Below are positions 1 to 64,000 of a DNA stretch of 64,000 bases, one piece after another (within the stretch, counting starts at the first letter, position 1; each line of letters opens with the position of its first letter). The DNA is from the human T2T-CHM13v2.0 reference genome, Homo sapiens. A program made the position numbers and the translations under genes. The notes beneath the pieces were generated by a model, which ran no database searches, was not told where the DNA came from, and saw only the letters and a program-made list of their open reading frames with translations. The stretch lies in the NCBI RefSeq assembly GCF_009914755.1, contig NC_060928.1; one strand, given 5' to 3'.

Positions 1-95
1 GCCTCTATACACTAGATGCCAGTAGGACCACCTATCCAGCTGTGACAGGCAAAAATGTCTTCAAACGTTGCCAAATGACCCCTGGGGGCAAAATG
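1..95 (-). mobile_element. MER20 (hAT-Charlie) fragment, truncated by the window start
   Basis: cactagatgccagtag...aaaaatgtct...ttgccaaatg.cccctgggggcaaaat; visibly homologous to the copy at 20958-21167. Confidence 0.8.
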
Positions 96-879
96 CAAAC
101 AGTTTATCTAGCAGTGACACATAGCCAGCCACCTTAGAAAGGGAATTGTCAGCGTACCCATAAGTGTAGAATGGGAAACAAAATACTTGAGTCTTCTCAG
201 AATGTCTAAACCTTTTGCTGTCTATATTCCTCTTTTTATAATTTACCACAAACATATATTGCTTATTATGCCATCTAATAAAATGGCTAACATTTGCTGT
301 GTATTATACTCGGTGTTAATAAGCTTTGTATGAACTCACTAGCTGAATGTTGTATATGTATCTGCCATACCTGTTGGATTGACATTCCACTGTAAACAGG
401 TACCTTATCTTTACCAGCTCCAAGCACAATGTATTTGGTATATCAGGTAGCTATTCTACATGTTAATTGATCACATTGCACCCAAATGAAACATGGATGT
501 GGAAGTGGAAGGAGGAGCTTTAAAACATGGAAAATTAGTTTATACAAATCTAAATGTTGTAGTGCACCAAATTGATTCCTTTTTAAAAACTTTCAGAAAT
601 CAGCTTTTAAAAAAAAAAAGTAACTAAGCCATGATCAACTTTTCTTTCATCACCACTAAGCCAATATCAGAAAGTTGTCAATCAACAGCTCTTTTAAAGT
701 TGAAATTTTTCTATTGTATTTCTTATGAAGATTTCAGTAGTGCTTAGAAGTTTTTGGCTCATTTATCATGTTTTATTCACTGTATGTCATTAATTGTTAA
801 AGATGTCAGAGTCAAACCTTAAATTCAGGAGAGATTTAAATTTTTCCTTTTTCCTATTTAAATATATGTTTCTAATTAC

Positions 880-1230
880 ATAATTCAGTTAGAAAATTAC
901 AATATAGAAACATATAACTTAGTAAAAGTTTCCAGTTACTGTATACAGATTATATTGTATACTGTATTATTTTTAACAGTTGCATATTTAACTTATAAAT
1001 GTGGATAATTATAATTAAACAATCTGTTATCAAAGGACATACAGATTATTTCCAGTTCCTTGCTGCAGTGAATATCCTTGTACTTATTTTTTTACACACT
1101 TGCTCAGATAATTTTTAAGTACAAATTCCTGAGGTAGAATTGCAGAATCAAAAGATACTCTCATTTGAGTGTTTCACATTTTATGCAAAGTATTTTGTTT
1201 CCTCCAGAAAATTCCTCTGTGGAAGAGGCT
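880..1230 (-). mobile_element. Ancient L1M (L1ME-like) 3' fragment
   Basis: tgctgcagtgaatatccttgtac...aaattcct...tagaattgc pattern typical of antisense L1M; highly diverged. Confidence 0.5.
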
Positions 1231-2003
1231 TCCTCACATTCTTTATCAGTTTATTAGCCAGCAGAGAAATGATGAAAAGCCACCCCTTTTCTTGTAGTTT
1301 CATCCTCATTGCTATCCAAGATGAGGTATTAAAATCACACCTAAGTGGTGTCTGTTGTGGCTGAATATAATCTTGAAAGTAGAGACACTTCTCTCTGATT
1401 CCCAACTGTACTCTCTGGATGGCACCTAAAATTTTATTTTTTCAAACTGAAAATCATTTTAATGAGTTCGAAAAGGTTTTATTTTTTAAAATGAAATCCT
1501 ATAGAAAGAATACATTTTCTTACAGTGGGTCATGGTCAAAAGTGTGAATATCTCTGATCCTAGAAAGTTTCCCCAGTTACAAGGACAGGCGTGCCCCCAA
1601 CTCCATCCTTAATGGCTCAATTCTGTGGCTTTCAAGTTAATCCACTCAGTCCTACAGCCTTCACCAAGAAGCTCATGTGCTACACTTTGGTGTTAGTGGG
1701 GGCATTGTCACACAGGTTCAGAAAATAACCCATTAGGCATTTTATAGAACTCATCACATGTTCAGAACTAAGCTAGTTGTAACATTATGTTTTTCATGTG
1801 AAAAAACACAAGCAATTCACTGGCTATTTTATTTGTTGCTAGCTAGCTATACTTTCTATTTCTTTTTCCATGGTGTGAAAATCTTCCTAGAAACCTCACT
1901 ACTGGGAAAAGAGATGCAGAGATTAGTCCCATCTTCTCCCCTGGAAATTTACTATCGCCCTTTTGGCTTCAAGGTCCTTCCTCAAAAGCAAAGAATTGAA
2001 CAA

Positions 2004-2055
2004 GGGAAAGTGAGGGGAAGGGCTGGGGGAACAGGGAGGTAGAAGGGGTTTTCCC
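2004..2055 (+). promoter_or_regulatory. G-run cluster ending in a consensus kB site, intron 1
   Basis: Six runs of three or more G; GGGGTTTTCC at 2045-2054 fits GGGRNWYYCC. Motif match only. Confidence 0.3.
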
Positions 2056-3464
2056 TGGTCTTTTCTAATCCTTTAGTTCCAGACGCTTAGTTGGTATTTC
2101 AACATTTTAGAAATAAAACCTGCTTTTATAATTAATGCAAATATTACTTAGTGATTCATCCTTTCCAAATGATTCTTGGTTTCTTTTGACATTTCATTTT
2201 TAAATTGTGAATTAACATTGACATCACCATAGCGTTACTGTTACCTCAGCTCTTTACAGTGAACTGTATTGCAAAGGCTATAAAAGTTCAAATTTTAACT
2301 ATCACCCACGTGAGCCTTGGACTGCTGTTAGGCTTTTGAAACTGTGATCCTTTGGCAAGAATTGGTGTATAAATCATGGGGAGGATATTGAAGGGGAAGA
2401 TCATGTTTAATTTGGCAGTTGGGTGCCTGCAATTGACAGATTTTCATTAAGGTTTTAGCTATAGTAGTGATCATGCATCAGTTCTAATAAAGTAGGTTTC
2501 GTTTGAATTTTAAAAATTAGAGTGAGGACTGCTTTATGTTAACTGTTTACATTCAGAAGTCTGGAAAACCATCCACAGGTTTAAATGTATATAATCAGTA
2601 TAATTAACACGTCAACAGCCTCACCTCTGTTTTTGAGGACCATAGGCTAATATTATTTATGAAGGTTCAGGAGATCAGTCTAGATCGACAGAAAGCTTAA
2701 GGGCAAAGATGGTTTTAATATTTTTCTTGGAAGTTTGAGCTTCTGTGGTATTCTAAGGATAGGGATTTTGACATTGATTGTTCTAGCTGGTATTCAGTAC
2801 TGTATTTAAGTGTAATGTTTTTACTAGTATTCTTCTTATAACTGAAAACTATGCTAATGATTCTTTACTATAGATATATACTCATAAATACGTGTAAAAA
2901 TCCAAGTTTACCAAAAAATATTAAGACTTAGGGGATATGTTCTTTGAATAGGCATTTATTTGCTAATTAACATATTCTAATCTCAACAAGGTTATATTCT
3001 TTTCAAAAATCCATTCCATCAAAATCTGTCATTTTTACAGATGAAGAAACAAAGGCCACAGTGAGTTTAGTTAATATCCAAGATCACACAGCCAGCATGA
3101 TAGAACTCTTAAATTTCAAGCGACTTACCCTCTTTACTCTATCAGGTCAAATTTCCCTTTTTTAACTGCTTGTCTTAATTGAGATTTGTTTAATTGTGGC
3201 TGTCTGTATATCTTCAATCAATACTTTCTTGTTTTAGACAAATGTTTCCCTGCAAATCTGCATGAACTTCATGTTCTGAAGGACTCAGAGCTGCCCTTTC
3301 CTTTTTGTTAAAGTTGTACACTGCTCTGCATCCCCCTAGAATGCTCATCAGCTTTCTCACTCTTCCTCACTCACACAGTGCTCCAGCAGGAGAGGATTTC
3401 TTTGAAAATCAGATTCTTTTTTGGAGGGCTTTGTGCTTATTGGAGTGTTATGTGATATATTCAT

Positions 3465-3860
3465 TACGGTGAGGGCTAAACTCTTTGAACAAAGAGACCT
3501 GACAGTGCATTTGGGTTAAAGAACAAAGTTTATTTCTTTCTCTCATCACCACCAGCATGAGCAGCCTGGATGGTCAGAGCAGATCTGTCTCATGGCATTG
3601 TTCAGGGATCCTCATTCCTTCCCTCTCATTTATCTGCCATCCCCTAGGCTATTAATCATCATGTTTTTGGTAGAAGCCAGGTCTTCTCCATGTCTGAGTT
3701 TTTATGGAGGAAGCATGTCAAGGGCCTTAAGCCCAGACCTGGAAGTGGTATGCAAGAGTTCTGACATTGCACTGGTGAGCATTTGGTCAGATGGCCATCT
3801 CTAACTCCAACGAAGTGTAGGGTATACACTAGGTAAGCAGTCACATTTCCAGCTACAATA
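3465..3860. mobile_element. Probable ancient MaLR/ERVL-type LTR remnant
   Basis: aaagtttatttctttctctca...ttcagggatc...ttccttcc...cattgcactgg pattern resembling old LTR33/MLT1J-L elements; family not certain. Confidence 0.35.
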
Positions 3861-4386
3861 CTAATTCTATGGAAAAGGAGACAACATATTTTGATGGGTA
3901 GCTGACATTCTCATCTGCAGTCCTAAGTACTCATGACTGCTAGATAGACTTTATGAAAAAAAAAAAGAAAAATAACCCCAGGAATTAATATTTACCCTCA
4001 GCCTTGTGTTTCTTTAATTTTCTCATTTTTCATGTCACATATCTAAAATTTGATCTAAATAAATTTAAATAAAATTAACCTTTATTTGAATAATAATAAG
4101 GACATTTCTCAAGGAAGTAAATCTCAAATGATATGTGATTTTAGATACTATCTTTATCTGACCATGTGGTTCCTTGCTTCTATCAGGGAGGGCCTCTGGG
4201 TAATAGAAGATTGCTAGGGCCTGCAGTATATTAATGTTTAGCTGGAGTTGATTAAATCTGAGACCTATAGCCTTGATAATAAGGACTTTTATTTTTGTAT
4301 TTTTATTGCACTTTTAATATTACAGAGTTTCTGTACCAGCTTGACAACAGCAGAAACATGGCTTGCTTCTGTGGAACACGCTAGAG

Positions 4387-4906
4387 CAGCAGTCCCCAAC
4401 CTTTTTGGCATCAGGGACCAGTTTCGTGGAAGACAGCGTTTCCACAGACTGGGGGCTGGGGGTGATTTTGTGATGATTCAAGCACATTACATATATTGTG
4501 CACTTTATTTCTATTATTATTAACATTGTAATATGTAATTAAATAATTATACAACTCACCATAATGTAGAATCAGTAGGAGACCTGAGCTGCTTTTCCCA
4601 CAACTAGACAGTCCCATCTGGGAGTGACGGGAGACAGTGACCCATCTGGAGACAGTGACAGTGATCATCAGGCGTTAGATTCTCATAAGGAGCGGGCAAT
4701 CTAGATCCCTTGCATGCACAGTTCACAATAGGGTTTATGCTCCTATGAGAATCTAATGCCACTGCTGATCTGACAGGACACGGAGCTCAGGCAGTAATGC
4801 AAGCGATGGGGAGCAGCTGTATATACAGATGAAGCTTGGCTGGCTTGCCTACTGCTCACCTCTTTTTGTGCTGCGTTATCCATAGCCCAGGGTTTGGGGA
4901 CGCCTG
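4387..4906 (-). mobile_element. MER1A-type hAT-Charlie non-autonomous DNA transposon with 8-bp TSD
   Basis: Termini cagcagtccccaac / gtttggggacgcctg; internal tcctatgagaatctaatgcc; flanks cgctagag (4379-4386) and cactagag (4907-4914). Confidence 0.9.
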
Positions 4907-5444
4907 CACTAGAGGACAGAGCCTGGTACACTATAGCAGTCCTCCCCTTGTGTTATGCAGAGTACTGATCAGTCCCTTTTGAGCTTCTCAACCTTGTATA
5001 AAACTTTGAGACAGTTCTGGGACCATCACAAGGTTTATGAAGGGTTAGAAAACAATACACTTAAGGAACTAAGACTGTAAATCGTTGAAGTTCAGAGGGC
5101 GATAAAAAGAAATGGCTTCTAAGAATCCCAGTATGTATGATTTTTTATACAAAGCATAAAGATGATTTGTACCAAACTCAGGACACTGTGGCGAGCTTAA
5201 CACGAGGGTATTGAATCATACGTAAGTGGTAATTCCTAGATTATGCAATCTCCTTGCTGTTAGATTTAGATACCAAAGAGGAACTACATCATGTCCTCCT
5301 CCTATGGTCTTCAAAAAAGGATTATATTTGGTCTTACTGGTATAATACAGTTTATTCCTGCATGAATTCCATGGTGATAGAATTTTTAAAGTTCATTCTA
5401 GTGTTACAGTTTTGTTTTGTTTTGTTTTAATACACAGCTTCAGA

Positions 5445-63207
<57,763 letters not shown>

Positions 63208-63737
63208 ATTACTATCATCATTTTATACTTTCTGCCTTATTGAAATTTAGTACTTAGCTTCCATCTATAAAAAAGAAAAATCATAAATATTTAACTTCCA
63301 TAAAACAGTACTATTTTTAAGACTCATGCAGGTCATCCAAAAAAGTTACCTACTGTAGAGTTATGGGCAAGGTTCTGTTAGATCGTTTGCTCTGAGATGT
63401 TGGCAAGATATTTAATTGCTGCCTAATCCCCTAACCCATAAGACAGTGCCCCACAGGTCCTTTAATGAAAATGTTTTTAAGTGTTCTACCAAAGTAATTA
63501 TGATGAGACCTATTTTATGATAGCACCTAATTATGATAACACCTTAAAAGGGTGTTCTAGGAGTCATCTTCTAATTGAAGCTGATGTCATCCTGTTAAAT
63601 GAAGATTTCCCAATGGCAACTGATTAAATGATCAGTTTAATCATTTAATAACATGATAATGCTGAGCCCCCACCTTAATTATTATTCTCCTATTTACAAG
63701 TAATTGAAGAGTATTCTCCTATTTACAAGTAATTATC

Positions 63738-64000
63738 TGGATTGGAAACAATCCAGATATTCATCAGTAAGTGGCCAGTTAAATTATGGTCTGTCCTTTT
63801 GATGAAATATCATGTAGTTATTCAAAAGAATGAGTACTCTGCGAACTAATATAGAAAGATCTCAGTTATACAGTGTTAAAATATTTTAAAAGATGGGTGT
63901 AGAACAAAGTGTGTGTAGAAATGATTCTATGTTCATGCATAAAGAAATTCTGGAAGGATACCTAAGAAATTAATAACAGTATTTACCACTGGCTGGTACA
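63738..64000 (+). mobile_element. Ancient L1M 3' fragment running off the window
   Basis: ttggaaacaatccagatattcatcagta...taaattatggt...gaaata..atgtagtta..aaaagaatgag. Confidence 0.7.

Noticed and set aside
63683-63734. Repeat-spacer-repeat as CRISPR-like
   Set aside because: Only two copies, a 6-bp spacer and a eukaryotic context; it is a simple duplication.

Overview
This is primate (human-like) genomic DNA lying entirely inside the NFKB1 gene (NF-kappa-B p105/p50), which is transcribed on the + strand. I read nine coding exons (exons 2-10 in the usual numbering) from GT-AG boundaries. They join into an uninterrupted 927-nt frame encoding residues 1-309 (MAEDDPYLGRPEQ...FSPTDVHRQ), covering most of the Rel homology domain including the RxxRxRxxC DNA-recognition loop. 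Exon 1, the promoter and the 3' exons lie outside the window. About 98% of the window is intron, filled with Alu, L1, L2, MIR, CR1/L3, MaLR/ERVL LTRs and hAT/Tigger DNA transposon remnants, several nested with readable target-site duplications. Nearly all ORFs in the supplied track are chance or repeat-derived. I found no new multi-gene system. The best leads are at the RNA-processing and regulatory level: a consensus recursive splice site in the 29-kb intron 5, tandem acceptors at exons 2, 4 and 9, a candidate poison exon, a translatable exon 2-5 circle, inverted Alus around exon 10, clustered kB motifs, and a perfect 56-bp Z-DNA-type tract. Repeat family names are from recalled consensus features, and the boundaries of old repeats are approximate.
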